A stretch of DNA of 64,000 bases, from positions 160,001-224,000 of the forward strand of contig CAVUPH010000007.1 in NCBI GenBank assembly GCA_963743305.1, in the 5' to 3' direction. Under the pieces are notes generated by a model. It was not told where the DNA came from and searched no databases. It was given only the letters and a program-made list of their open reading frames with translations. The number at the start of each line of letters is the position of its first letter. Position 1 is the first letter of the stretch. The DNA is from an uncultured delta proteobacterium. Its GTDB lineage: Bacteria; Desulfobacterota; RBG-13-43-22. Shown here piece by piece: positions 39,324 through 50,215 of this stretch. Both the position numbers and the translations under genes were made by a program.

Positions 39324-40706
39324 TTGCAAAAGCGTTTTCTAATTCTGGGTGTGGTCCTGGCGGGTGCCTGCGGCTGTGCCCATTACCAGCCTAAACCACT
39401 CAATTCCCAGCCGACCTTACTGGAACAGGTGCCGCATTTGGTCGTTCCAGCCCAACAGATGCCTTTACCGGAATTGGCGGCCCATCCCTTTAATCCCGAT
39501 GACGGTCTGGATATGACCGAAGTGGCTATAGTAGCCGTGGTCAACAATCCCGATCTGAAAGTGGCGCGGGATGAGCGCGGTATAGCCAGGGCGCAAATGC
39601 TGGCGGCCGGGATTTTGCCCAACCCGCAAATGACGGCCGGGCTAGATTTTCCCGTCAACGGTGATCCGGCCCTGGTGAATGCCTTTAATCTGGGACTGAA
39701 TTACGACCTGAATGCCTTGATCACCCGGAATGCCGCCATTGATGCCGCGCGGGCCGATAGGCTCAAGGTCGATTTGACCGTCCTCTGGCAGGAATGGCAG
39801 GTGGTGCAACAGGCCCGTCTTTTATTTGTAAAAAGCCGGGCGGAAGAAAAAATGAGGCCCATCCTGCAATCGTACCGATCCTTTTTTGCGAACCAGTATG
39901 AGCGCACTCAAAAGGCCCTGGAACGAGGGGACCTGACCCTGGAAACCGCCGGCGCCGATTTAACCGCCTGGCAGGAGGCGGCTACCCGGCTGAATGAACT
40001 GGAACGACAAAGCAGTAAAACCAGCCATGACCTCAAGGCTTTATTGGGATTGGCGCCGACCGTCCAATTGAATCTGACGGGGGAAATGGACTTCTCTGAG
40101 CCGGATTCCTCGAAGATGGCCAACACCCTGTCTCAGTTATCCCAACGCCGTCCAGATCTTTTGGCCCTGCAAGCCGGGTATGCCAGTCAGGAACAGCGTT
40201 TTCGTCAGGCCATCTTAGCCCAGTTCCCGGCCCTGAACATCGGCCTGACACACGCCCGTGATACCAGTGGGATCTATACAGGCGGCTTCGGCATGACGAT
40301 CACCTTACCCATTTTCAATCGTAATCAAGGCAATATCGCCCTAGAGCAGGCTACTCGCCGACGTTTATATGATGAATACCAGGCCCGTTTGAATGAAGCC
40401 TTTTCCCAGGTGGCTCGATTATCGGCCGAATGGAAACTGACGATAAAACAATATGAATCCGCCCGGGGCATTTTGCCCGCACTGGAAGTTTCCGCCAAGC
40501 GTGCTCAAAAGGCCCTGGAAGCCGGCAACCTGGATGGACCGTCTTACACCCGATTTAGGACAGCCTTTCTCAATAAGCAATTAGAGGTCATTACCCTGGA
40601 ACAAACCTTGTTCGAACAACGTATCGCCCTACAGACCCTGCTGGGGAGCGAAATCCCTTTTCCTATTTCTTGGTCTGCAATTAAATTCGACGAAAGGGTC
40701 CGTTAA
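39324..40706 (+). CDS. TolC-family outer-membrane efflux lipoprotein
   Basis: Signal peptide with lipobox-like ACGC, NNPDL, LPNP, RRPDL, ITLPIFNRNQG. TTG start follows GGGGAG. Confidence 0.88.
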   Translation: MQKRFLILGVVLAGACGCAHYQPKPLNSQPTLLEQVPHLVVPAQQMPLPELAAHPFNPDDGLDMTEVAIVAVVNNPDLKVARDERGIARAQMLAAGILPNPQMTAGLDFPVNGDPALVNAFNLGLNYDLNALITRNAAIDAARADRLKVDLTVLWQEWQVVQQARLLFVKSRAEEKMRPILQSYRSFFANQYERTQKALERGDLTLETAGADLTAWQEAATRLNELERQSSKTSHDLKALLGLAPTVQLNLTGEMDFSEPDSSKMANTLSQLSQRRPDLLALQAGYASQEQRFRQAILAQFPALNIGLTHARDTSGIYTGGFGMTITLPIFNRNQGNIALEQATRRRLYDEYQARLNEAFSQVARLSAEWKLTIKQYESARGILPALEVSAKRAQKALEAGNLDGPSYTRFRTAFLNKQLEVITLEQTLFEQRIALQTLLGSEIPFPISWSAIKFDERVR

Positions 40707-40707
40707 A

Positions 40708-41743
40708 ATGAAAAAGATGTTTTCTGTTATGGTTGGTCATAATCCTTATTTTAGGGACTTGCAAGGTCGCCTGGCCGGCGGAATCGGTCACGGCCCTCGT
40801 ACAAACCCAGCCCTTAGGCCGACATGATCTTTCCGCCCATTTGTCCTGTTACGGCACAATAACCCTGAATCCGGAGAAGGTCATCAGTCTCAATTTTCCC
40901 CGGGCCGGGCAGATCACGCGTCTTTTGGTCAGCCCAGGGGAAATGGTTAAAAAAGGCCTGCCCCTCCTGGAATTTGAGACTAGCCCTCAGGACAGTGTCG
41001 GTTATGTGCAGGCCCAATCCGCCGTAGAGCTTGCCCGTCACGAATTATCCCGTTTAAAAAGTCTGGCGGCCGAGCAATTAGCCACCCGGTCACAGGTCGC
41101 CCAGGCCCAAAAGACCTTGATTGATGCCGAAGCCGCCTTAGCCGCCCAAATGAAGTTGGGAACGGACAAGAAAAAAGAACTATTGCTCGCCCCCTTTGAC
41201 GGGCTGGTAAATGATTTGAAGGTTGTCCAGGGGGAACGAATCCAAATGGGAACGACGGCCCTGCAACTGGCCCGGACAGATGGATTGCTGGTGGTTCTGG
41301 GCATTGAGCCGGAAGACCGGACCAAGGTCAAACCAGGCCTATTGGTTCAAGTGACTTCGGTATTTGATGGATCCATTCGGGGATCCGGTATGATCCGGAA
41401 AGTCCACGGCCTGATCAACCCGCAGACTAAACTGGTGGACGTCACGGTTGACCTCAAAAATGAGCAGGCAGCCCCTGTAATGCCCGGCATGTCCGTAAGA
41501 GGGGAGATTATTCTCAATCAGTACCGTGGTCCGGCTGTACCGCGGCAGGCCGTTCTTAAGGACAATCAGGGGGCCTATGTTTTTGTGGTCAGAGAGGGTC
41601 TGGCCCATCGCGTTAATGTAAGGACCGACATCGAAAGCAAGGGATTGGTCGGTATCACCGGACCGTTTCGGAATAATGACCGGGTCGTGGTGTTGGGAAA
41701 CTACGAACTAAAAGACGGAATGGCCGTCCGGGAGGGCCGATGA
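40708..41743 (+). CDS. RND efflux periplasmic adaptor (MFP)
   Basis: Lipoyl-like AGQITRLLVSPGE.V, APFDG.V, PGMSV, VPRQAV...G.YVFVV. The ATG at 40708 is in frame if the A5 run is A4; otherwise the start is 40733. Confidence 0.85.
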
Positions 41744-44700
41744 GCTCTATTATCCTCAAAATACAAGCCCATCGGCGCTCCATCTTGTTTGTCGTCCTGG
41801 TGCTGGCCGTGGCCGGTGCGGTCCTGTCTTTTAAAATACCTGTTTCCTTATTCCCAACGATTGATTTTCCCCGGGTCGTCGTTTCCCTGGATGCCGGAGA
41901 CCGGGCCGCGGAATTGATGGAATTAGAAGTGACCCGACCGGTTGAAGAGGCCTTGCGGGCCGTGCCCGGCGTGAAATCCGTACGCTCCACCAGCAGCCGC
42001 GGCAGCGCTGAAATCTTCGCTGACTTCGACTGGGGGGCCGATATGGTCGCCTCGCTGCTGCAGGCCGAGTCGGCCGTCAGCCGGGTAATCCCACAGTTGC
42101 CGGCCGGGACGACCTTCGAGGTGACCCGGAGGGACCCGACGGTATTTCCCGTGTCGGCCTACAGCCTCGTTTCCGACCGACACTCCCTGACCGAATTGTA
42201 TGACCTGGCCCGATACCGGTTGGTCCCCTTATTGTCCAGCGTGAATGGGGTCTCCCGGGTCCAGGTGCAGGGAGGGGCCAGGGAAGAATACCGGGTCACC
42301 GTGGATCCGGCCCGACTGCACACCTACGGCCTGACCCTGAATGACGTGGCCCAGGCCCTCACCGCGGCCAATGTGATCACGGCGGTTGGACGTCTGGAAG
42401 ATCATTATAAACTGTACCTGGTGATGTCCGATACCCGTCTGACCAGCCTGGACAAAATCCGTCAAACCATCCTGCGCAGCGGTCCGAACGGCTTGGTCCG
42501 CCTGGAGGATGTGGCGGACGTCCAGAGCGATACCGTGCCGCAGTGGCTGCGGGTGACGGCCGACGGGCATGAGGCCGTCTTGGTCGAATATCTACCAGCA
42601 ATTGGGGGGCAATACCGTCCGGATCGCTCAGGACCTCAAGGCCAAACTGGCCGCCTTTCATTCTCAGCTCCCTAAGGATGTCCGCCTCAGCAACTGGTAT
42701 GACCAGAGCGAATTGATTTTGGCTTCGGCCGGCAGCGTGCGCGACGCCCTGATTATCGGCATCCTCCTCGGGGCCCTGGTCTTACTCCTTTTTCTGCGCA
42801 ATTTCAAAATTACCTTGATCGCCGTCATCATCGTGCCCACGGTCCTGACGGCCACCATTCTATTGCTTTATGTGATGAACATGAGTTTCAATATTATGAC
42901 CCTGGGGGGGATGGCCGCGGCCGTGGGACTGATCATCGACGATGTCATCGTTATGGTCGAGCATATCATGCGCCGCCTGCGGGCCGGCGGGGGGAGCATC
43001 GGGGCCGGGTCATGGCTGCGGCCCGTGAATTCGCCCAGCCCCTTTCCGGGTCCTCTTCGGCCACCATCATTATCTTTTTGCCCCTGGCCTTTTTAAGCGG
43101 GGTTACCGGGGCCTTTTTCAAGGCCCTCTCGCTGACCATCGGCGCGGCCCTGGTTTTTTCCTACTTGATCACTTTCTTGGCCGTTCCCCTTCTGGCCGAC
43201 CATCTCTTGGGCAAAAAAGATGCCGAGCAAAAAGAAGGTGGCCGATGGACGACTTATGTGCATGGTCGATATGCCTGGCTGATGGAGCGGGTTCTGAAAC
43301 GGCCTGTCTTTATTTTGTTCGGGATTATTCCCCTGCTGCTGGCGGGGGTTATGGGCTACCGACAGGTGGGGTCCGGTTTTATGCCCCATATGGATGAAGG
43401 CGGCTTTATCCTGGATTGCCGGACCCCGGCCGGAACGGCCCTTTCGGAGACCGATCGCTTATTACGGCAACTAGAGGACATTATTAAAACTACCCCTGAG
43501 GTGCGGACCTACTCGCGGCGCACCGGCACCCAATTAGGCGGAGGCTCTGACCGAAGCCAACTCCAGCGATTTTTTTATTCGTCTGAAACCCTTGCCCAGA
43601 CGTCCCATCGACCAGATTATGGATGAAATTCGAGGTAAAATCGAGCAGACGGTGCCCGGGGTTAAAATTGAATTGGCCCTGCTCATGGAAGACCTGATCG
43701 GGGATTTAACGGCCGTTCCCCAACCCATAGAAATCAAGCTTTATTCGGACAGCCTTTCCGAGCTGCGCTCCCTGGCGCCCAGGGTAGCGGCGGTCATCAG
43801 CCGTGTTCGGGGCGTGGTGGATGTCAAAAGCGGTATCGTCCTGGCCGGGGATGCCCTGGAGGTCAAGGTCGACCGGACCAAGGCCGCTCTGGAGGGCGTC
43901 GATCCCGAGAGTATTACCCGCATGCTGAACGACTACTTGACCGGCGTGGTGATCACCAAGATTCAAAAAGAAGTCAAAATGGTCGGGGTTCGGGTCTGGA
44001 TCCCCCAGGGCCTACGAGAATCGACCAGCACCATTGGCAATTTATTATTACGCGCGCCTGATGGTCATTCATTCCCTTTGAGGCGGATAGCCGAATTAGT
44101 GCCTGTCTCCGGTCAGCCGGAGATCACCAGTGAAAACCTGAAACCCATGGTGGCCGTTACCGGGCGCATCAGCGGTCGTGACCTGGGGTCGGTCATGGGG
44201 GAGATAAACCAGGCCTTGGAGCGTCCCGGGTTAATGCCTCAGGGGGTTTACTTTGAATGGGGGGGCCTGTATAAACAACAACAGATCGCTTTTAAAGGGC
44301 TCCTGGCCGTGTTTGTGGCGGCCATTGCCCTGGTTTTTTTACTGCTTCTGTTTTTATATGAACGCTTTCGGATCGTACTGGCCATCATGGCCATTCCCTT
44401 ATTATCCTTATCGGCAGTATTTATCGGCTTATGGCTGACCGGAATCGAACTCAATATCTCGGCCATGATGGGCATGACCATGATCGTCGGCATCGTCACC
44501 GAAGTGGCCGTCTTTTATTTTTCGGAATTTGAGGACCTTTTATTAATCTCAGAAACCAGGGAGACCCTTCCGGCACTGATCGAGGCCGGCAAAAACCGGA
44601 TGCGGGCCATCGTCATGTCCACCTTTGTGACCGTGCTCACCCTGTTGCCCCTGGCCCTGGCCATCGGCCAGGGATCGGCCATGCAGCAACCCCTGGCCAT

Positions 44701-44818
44701 TGCCATTATTTCCGGGCTGTTGATCCAGATTCCCCTGGTCCTGATCGTCATGCCGACCTTGTATCATTTATTATCATCGAAAAAATCCGTTAGGAATTCA
44801 GCGGCTATCGAGGGCTGA
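41740..44818 (+). CDS. RND efflux permease (AcrB/CusA superfamily), split by three apparent frameshifts (~42586, ~42990, ~43545)
   Basis: LFPTIDFP, VRSTSSRG, NIMTLGG.AAAVGL.IDD.IV.VE, F.P..DEG, R.RAI.M...T.L.LLPLA...G..MQQPLA, spread over four consecutive ORFs. Confidence 0.88.
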
Positions 44819-44824
44819 CCGGCG

Positions 44825-45494
44825 ATGCGGTTATTGATCGTTGAAGATGAAAAGTCCCTGGCCGACATCCTTAAAAAGGGGCTGGAGGAGGAAGGTTATG
44901 CGGTCGATGTGGCCTATGACGGCGAAGAGGGCCTTTTTATGGCTGAACATGAGGCTTCCGACCTGATTGTCCTGGATATTATGTTACCTCTGATAGACGG
45001 AATCGACCATTTTGAAAAATATTCGCCGAAAGGGGGTTCGGACCCCGGTGCTGATGCTGACGGCCAAAGACACCGTCCTGGATAAAATAACCGGGTTGGA
45101 TCACGGGGCCGACGACTATTTGACCAAACCCTTTTCTTTTGATGAACTGCTGGCCCGCCTGCGGGCCTTAGTGAGAAGAAGTTCAGCGGCCGGGTCTTCG
45201 ATGATCGAGATCGCGGACCTGGTGATCGACCTGGCCTCGCACCAGGTGAGTCGAGGAGAAAATCCGGTGGTGCTTTCGCCCAAAGAATATGCCCTCTTGG
45301 AGTATCTGGCCATTCATAAGAATCAGGTGCTCAGCCGGACCGTTTTGACGGAGCATCTCTATGACCAGGATTTTGACCTGGACAGCAACGTGATCGATGT
45401 CTTCATCAACCGCCTGCGGAACAAAATCGACAAGGGATTTGATCAGAAACTGATTCACACCTTACGGGGCGCCGGATATCTGCTGAGAGAATAA
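44825..45494 (+). CDS. OmpR-family response regulator (CusR/CzcR-like); frameshift near 45005
   Basis: LLIVEDE, LDIMLP..DG | PVLMLTA.D...GADDYLTKPF, SNVIDVFI.RLR.KID, HTLRGAGY. Confidence 0.88.
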
Positions 45495-45495
45495 A

Positions 45496-46878
45496 ATGTT
45501 TTCTTCCATCAAGGCCAAAATCATCGTTTTTTATCTGGTCGTTTTGTTTTTCAGCCTGTCGATTTTGGGGATCTTCCTTTATCTGGGCCTCCAGACCATC
45601 GTCTATCGCTCGATCGATTCCACCCTCCTTTCCCGGGCCAGGGCGCTGGCTATGCTGATTCGGAAGGGTGAGCGGGAGGCCGAATTCCCCTTTTCCGATG
45701 ACGCCCTTTGGGAATATCATTCCTCAAAATCCAAGCACTTTTTTCAGATCCGCCGCGGGGACGGCACCACGATCGAAAAATCGGCCTCTCTCCGGGATCA
45801 GGATCTCCCCTGGACGGGGAGGCCGGATTCCAACCGCTTTGAAAATATGTTCTTAAAACGGATTCCACTGCGGGAGATCATTTTCCCCTTCCCCGGGAAG
45901 GAGGGCCGGGGTGAAACCCTCTACATCCAGTGCGCCGAAGACATTCGCGAACAAAAGGATCTATTGCAGGATTATCAGGAGGTGCTTTTCTCGGTCGTCG
46001 CATCCATCTTGATCCTCTCCGCCTTCGGGGGATTTCTGATCTCGCGGAAGGCGCTGGCCCCGATCCAATCGATTTCTGAAACCATGGGCCGAATTTCCGA
46101 AATCAACTTGTCGGAACGCATCACCGGGGAAAATATTCCCCGGGAGTTGGGAACCCTGGCCGCTTCCTTCAACCGGACCCTGGAACGGCTCGAGGGATCG
46201 TTTCAACGCCAAAAACAGTTTGCCGCCGACGCCTCCCATGAGCTGCGGACCCCGCTGGCGGTTATCCTCAGTCAGGGTGAGGTGACCCTGCGGAAAGATC
46301 GAGAAGGGGAGGAATACCGGGACGCCCTCCGGACCATAGTTGGGGCGGCCCGGGTAATGTCCGAAATCATCGAAAAGCTACTCAGTGCGGCCCGCTTGGG
46401 AACCGAAGGTCTGGAGCCGCTACGGGAAGATATCGCCCTCTATTCGGTCATCCGGGAGTCTCTGGACCTGGTCCAGCCCCTGGCCGCGCCGCGGAACATT
46501 CGGATAACGATGGCTGTGCCGGGGCCTCTATCGATCCGCGGGGATCGGGTCCGACTGAAGGAGTTGTTCACCAACCTGCTGGATAACGCGGTCAAATACA
46601 ACGTCCCGGCGGGAAAGATCGATATTTCCGGCAGAAGGACCGGTGATGGGGTGCAGATAGATATCCGGGATACGGGTATCGGTATCCCCGAGGCAGAATT
46701 GGGCCGGGTCTTTGACCGGTTTTACCGGGTGGATAAATCCCGCTCCCGGGATAGCGGGGGGGCCGGGCTGGGCTTGAGCATCTGCCGGGAAATTATAAAA
46801 CAGCATGGAGGCCGTATCGAACTGAAAAGTGCCGGCGGTGCCGGGGTGATGGCTTCGGTATATCTGCCGGTGGGCTGA
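45496..46878 (+). CDS. HAMP-containing sensor histidine kinase (CusS/CzcS-like)
   Basis: Two TM helices, HAMP, ADASHELRTPL, NLLDNAVKY, DTGIGIP, FYRVDKSR, GAGLGL. Confidence 0.9.
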   Translation: MFSSIKAKIIVFYLVVLFFSLSILGIFLYLGLQTIVYRSIDSTLLSRARALAMLIRKGEREAEFPFSDDALWEYHSSKSKHFFQIRRGDGTTIEKSASLRDQDLPWTGRPDSNRFENMFLKRIPLREIIFPFPGKEGRGETLYIQCAEDIREQKDLLQDYQEVLFSVVASILILSAFGGFLISRKALAPIQSISETMGRISEINLSERITGENIPRELGTLAASFNRTLERLEGSFQRQKQFAADASHELRTPLAVILSQGEVTLRKDREGEEYRDALRTIVGAARVMSEIIEKLLSAARLGTEGLEPLREDIALYSVIRESLDLVQPLAAPRNIRITMAVPGPLSIRGDRVRLKELFTNLLDNAVKYNVPAGKIDISGRRTGDGVQIDIRDTGIGIPEAELGRVFDRFYRVDKSRSRDSGGAGLGLSICREIIKQHGGRIELKSAGGAGVMASVYLPVG

Positions 46879-46934
46879 TGGGGCTTAGGTCAGGCCGGAT
46901 GGCGGAGGAGCCTGTAAATAAGGCCAAAGGCTTA

Positions 46935-47032
46935 TGTCATTGCGAGCGAAGCGAAGCAATCCCCCGATTTAGCTTAGAGAGTGATGTAAGCCTACGGGGG
47001 GATTGCTTCGTCGCTTCGCTCCTCGCAATGAC
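46935..47032. repeat. Palindromic REP/RPE-like element, family B, copy 2
   Basis: TGTCATTGCGAGCGAAGCGAAGCAATCCCCC ... GGGGGATTGCTTCGTCGCTTCGCTCCTCGCAATGAC; arms nearly identical to 32116-32205, spacer different. Confidence 0.8.
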
Positions 47033-47089
47033 GTTTATCCAATTGATTATTAATTATTAATGCCCATCCGTTAGGCCAGGGTATCCAGG

Positions 47090-47857
47090 CTAACCTTCCT
47101 TTAAAATCATCCAGATCAATTTCCCTTCCGGCCGGACCAGGGCGGCCGGGTAACTGCTGGTCAAGCGCTCGGTTTGGTCCAGTACTTTGCGGATGATCTC
47201 CTTTTTTTCGGCCTCGGAGATAAAGAATAATACCAGACGGGCGTGTCGCAGGACCGGCAGGGTGAGGGTGGCCCGCGGCAAACGGGGCGGACGGGGTGAT
47301 TTCTGGACAAAGGCCGCCCAGCGCAGGTTCTCTTTTAAGGCCGGATCACCCGGGAAAAGGGAGGCGGTATGACCGTCTTGGCCCATTCCCAGAATAATCA
47401 GATCGAAGACCGGGAAAAAATGCCCCTTGGCATCTTTGGTCAATGATTCACTTTGTGCCGGCAGGTGTTGAAAATATCTTTTCAGCTCCTCTTCATACAG
47501 GAGGGCAATTTGGGGGCTGGGCCCGGCGTATACCGGTATGGGATGGCAATTTTGGGCCGGAATGGGGACCCGGGAGATCAAGTGGCGCTGGGCCATCCCG
47601 TAATTGCTTTCCTCGTGTTCAAAGGGGACGCACCGTTCATCTCCCAGAAAGAGGTGAATCGCCGGCCAGCAGAGGTCCTGAAGATAGGGAGGTTGACTGA
47701 GACGTTCATACAGGGGTTGGGGGGTCTTCCCGCCCGCCAGGGCCAGGGTGCAGACCCCGCACTTGGAAATCCTTTCGGATACCGACCGGCAAATCAGTTC
47801 GGCCGCGGAATCCACCCACCTAGGCTGATCCGTAAAGCTATGGACTTCCGGTATCAA
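47090..47857 (-). CDS. pgl: 6-phosphogluconolactonase
   Basis: LALAGGKTP, GDERCVP...SNY, FDLIILGMG.DGHTASLFP; adjacent to zwf. Confidence 0.92.
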   Translation of the reverse strand: MIPEVHSFTDQPRWVDSAAELICRSVSERISKCGVCTLALAGGKTPQPLYERLSQPPYLQDLCWPAIHLFLGDERCVPFEHEESNYGMAQRHLISRVPIPAQNCHPIPVYAGPSPQIALLYEEELKRYFQHLPAQSESLTKDAKGHFFPVFDLIILGMGQDGHTASLFPGDPALKENLRWAAFVQKSPRPPRLPRATLTLPVLRHARLVLFFISEAEKKEIIRKVLDQTERLTSSYPAALVRPEGKLIWMILKEG

Positions 47858-47946
47858 GGTTCAGGCCTCCTTATGAAACCTGCATATTCTATGAACAGTG
47901 ATTTTCAGAAATACCAAAAGGCAGTCAGATTGTCAAAACAATCCGT

Positions 47947-49497
47947 TTAGACGATCCGCTGGGCGGCCGCCGGTCCCTCACTGCCCGCCGGATAAGGGTA
48001 TAATCGTCGGTCCAGTTGCGAGCAGGTTTCACAGGCGTTGAGGATCGGCGTCAGAAAGGACCAGCAACGTTCCAGCCCGTCCTGGCGCCAGAAGAGCATG
48101 TGGTCCCCCTGGAGGCAGTCGAGCAGCACCTTTTCATAGGCCTCCAAGGGGGGCGATGTGAAACCCTGACGATAGTCGAAGACCATGGTGACCGGCTGCG
48201 ATTGAACCGAGGATCCGGGTTTCTTGGTTTGAAACTGCAGGGTGATGATTTCTTCCGGTTGAATGCCGAGGGTCAGCCGGTTGGACGGGATGGCGTCCCC
48301 GAGGATTCCCCGGAACATGGAATGGGGAATGGACTTGAACTGAATGACGATCTCCGTTTTCTTCCGGGTCAGCCGCTTGCCGGAGGTGAGAACAAAAGGC
48401 ACCCCCTGCCAGCGCCAATTGTCCAGAAAAAGTCGCATTCGGGCGAAGGTGGGAGTCAGGGAATCCGGGCGGACTCCCGGCTCTTGGCGGTAGCCGCGAA
48501 CGGGTTTCCCGTCCGCTGTTCCGGCCTGGTACTGCCCCAGCACCAGGTTCTCAGTCCAGTCATCGATCGGGAACGGACGCAGGGCCTGGAAGAGTTTCAG
48601 CTTTTCATCCTGGACCTGATCGCCCTCGAAAAGGGAAGGGGGTTCCAGGGCCGACAAGGCCAGGAGCTGCATCAAATGATTCTGGAACATATCCCGGATC
48701 ACCCCGGTCTGATCGTAATAGCCCGCCCGCTTTTCGATCCCCAGGGTCTCGGCGGCCGTGATCTGGATGGATTCCACGTACCGGCGATTCCAGAGCGGTT
48801 CGAAAATGGCGTTGGCGAAACGGAACATCAATATGTTTTGCACCGTTTCCTTGGCCAGGTAATGATCCAGGCGGAAGATCTGCCTCTCCTTGAAACTTTG
48901 TAGGAGGACCTGGTTGAGGCTGCGGGCCGATTCCAGGTCCCGGCCAAACGGTTTTTCCACCAGGATCCGCGACCAGCCCTTTCCCGCGGCGAATTCCCGG
49001 GATAACCCGGCTTCGCCCAGGTTCGCGGCGATTTGGGGAACCAGCGGGGCGGGAACGGCCAGATAAAAGATGCGGTTGCCGAGGGTCCGGTGTCGCCGAT
49101 CCAGGTCTTCGAGGGTTCGGGCCAGGTCCTGGTAGGCGCTGGGTGAGTCGTATTGGACGGTGGAATAATAGAGCCGGGAGGCAAAATCGGTCCAGCGGGA
49201 AAGGTCTTCAGTGCCGTGATCGCGCACGGCCTGGTGCATCTGATAGAGGAAGGATTCCCGGTTCAGCGGAGTGCGGGCGCAGCCTAAGATAATGAATTGT
49301 TTCGGCATGCCTTCCTGAATATAGAGCTGATAGAGGGCCGGCAACAGTTTCTTGCCGGTCAGGTCTCCGGAAGCCCCAAAGATGGTGATAATAAAAGGGT
49401 CCTGGCCGCCTGCCACCGGGCAGACTCCCGGGGCCGGACCTCCCAAGTTTAATGGACCGCGGGCCACCGGGGTGTCGATGGGATCGTCCAAGCTCAA
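47947..49497 (-). CDS. zwf: Glucose-6-phosphate 1-dehydrogenase
   Basis: [41 protein letters not shown]. Confidence 0.95.
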   Translation of the reverse strand: MSLDDPIDTPVARGPLNLGGPAPGVCPVAGGQDPFIITIFGASGDLTGKKLLPALYQLYIQEGMPKQFIILGCARTPLNRESFLYQMHQAVRDHGTEDLSRWTDFASRLYYSTVQYDSPSAYQDLARTLEDLDRRHRTLGNRIFYLAVPAPLVPQIAANLGEAGLSREFAAGKGWSRILVEKPFGRDLESARSLNQVLLQSFKERQIFRLDHYLAKETVQNILMFRFANAIFEPLWNRRYVESIQITAAETLGIEKRAGYYDQTGVIRDMFQNHLMQLLALSALEPPSLFEGDQVQDEKLKLFQALRPFPIDDWTENLVLGQYQAGTADGKPVRGYRQEPGVRPDSLTPTFARMRLFLDNWRWQGVPFVLTSGKRLTRKKTEIVIQFKSIPHSMFRGILGDAIPSNRLTLGIQPEEIITLQFQTKKPGSSVQSQPVTMVFDYRQGFTSPPLEAYEKVLLDCLQGDHMLFWRQDGLERCWSFLTPILNACETCSQLDRRLYPYPAGSEGPAAAQRIV

Positions 49498-49607
49498 ATC
49501 TTCTTCCCTCCGGAGGGGGCCGCCGGGTGTCCGCCGAATTCCTGCTTGAGCGCCGGCCGCAACCGGTTAGCTGATAGATTCAGGTTCCGGAACAAAAAGC
49601 GCTGCAT
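49494..49607 (-). pseudogene. gnd: 3' remnant of 6-phosphogluconate dehydrogenase
   Basis: Translates [37 protein letters not shown], resembling the Gnd C-terminus (RF.SR....F.D..LAALR.EFGGH). Its TGA overlaps the zwf TTG start. Confidence 0.65.
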
Positions 49608-49612
49608 TACTA

Positions 49613-50050
49613 TTACTTGAGCTGTTTCAGTTGAGCCTGGTAGAGCACTATTCGGGCCTGATTCAGGCGGACATAATAGTTTTTTATTTTTTTTGCATCC
49701 CCTTTGACCAGGGCCTTGACCAGGTCTCCTTCCAATTCCGCCACTTCCAGCAGGCGGTAGTAATCCAGGGTCTCCTTGAAATGGGCCATAACGATCAGCC
49801 CGGTGAGCAGGGGATGATTATTGGTGACATTGGCGTCGTTGAAGGTCACTCCGTGTTCCAGTTCAACCTCCAGACCTTTACGGAATTCTTCAGGATCGAC
49901 CTTCATTTTTCCGGTGTTGACCAGGCGCAGGATGATTTTGGCTTCCGCCGGGCTGACCAGCGCCTTTTTCTTTTTGGTCCAGTCGCTGATTTTTAATTCC
50001 TGGCAAGTTTTCTTGACTTCGGCCGCGGTTACGTATTCGGGCAATTTCAT
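49613..50050 (-). CDS. DUF5661-like hypothetical protein
   Basis: GLEVELEHG...NVT...P..TG.I..AH.KE..DYY..L. Confidence 0.7.
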   Translation of the reverse strand: MKLPEYVTAAEVKKTCQELKISDWTKKKKALVSPAEAKIILRLVNTGKMKVDPEEFRKGLEVELEHGVTFNDANVTNNHPLLTGLIVMAHFKETLDYYRLLEVAELEGDLVKALVKGDAKKIKNYYVRLNQARIVLYQAQLKQLK

Positions 50051-50215
50051 CGATGGGCTCCTTTTCCCGGATGTTGATTTTCAACCCCTATTAATTTATA
50101 GGATACCAGATTTCCGAGGCAATCCTCAACAGCCCGTCTTCTTTTTTCTTTTCTCCTCTCCTCCTCATTGATCTTCCCCCATCTCCCTTCTTCTCTCTTC
50201 CCTCTCCGTATAGAC

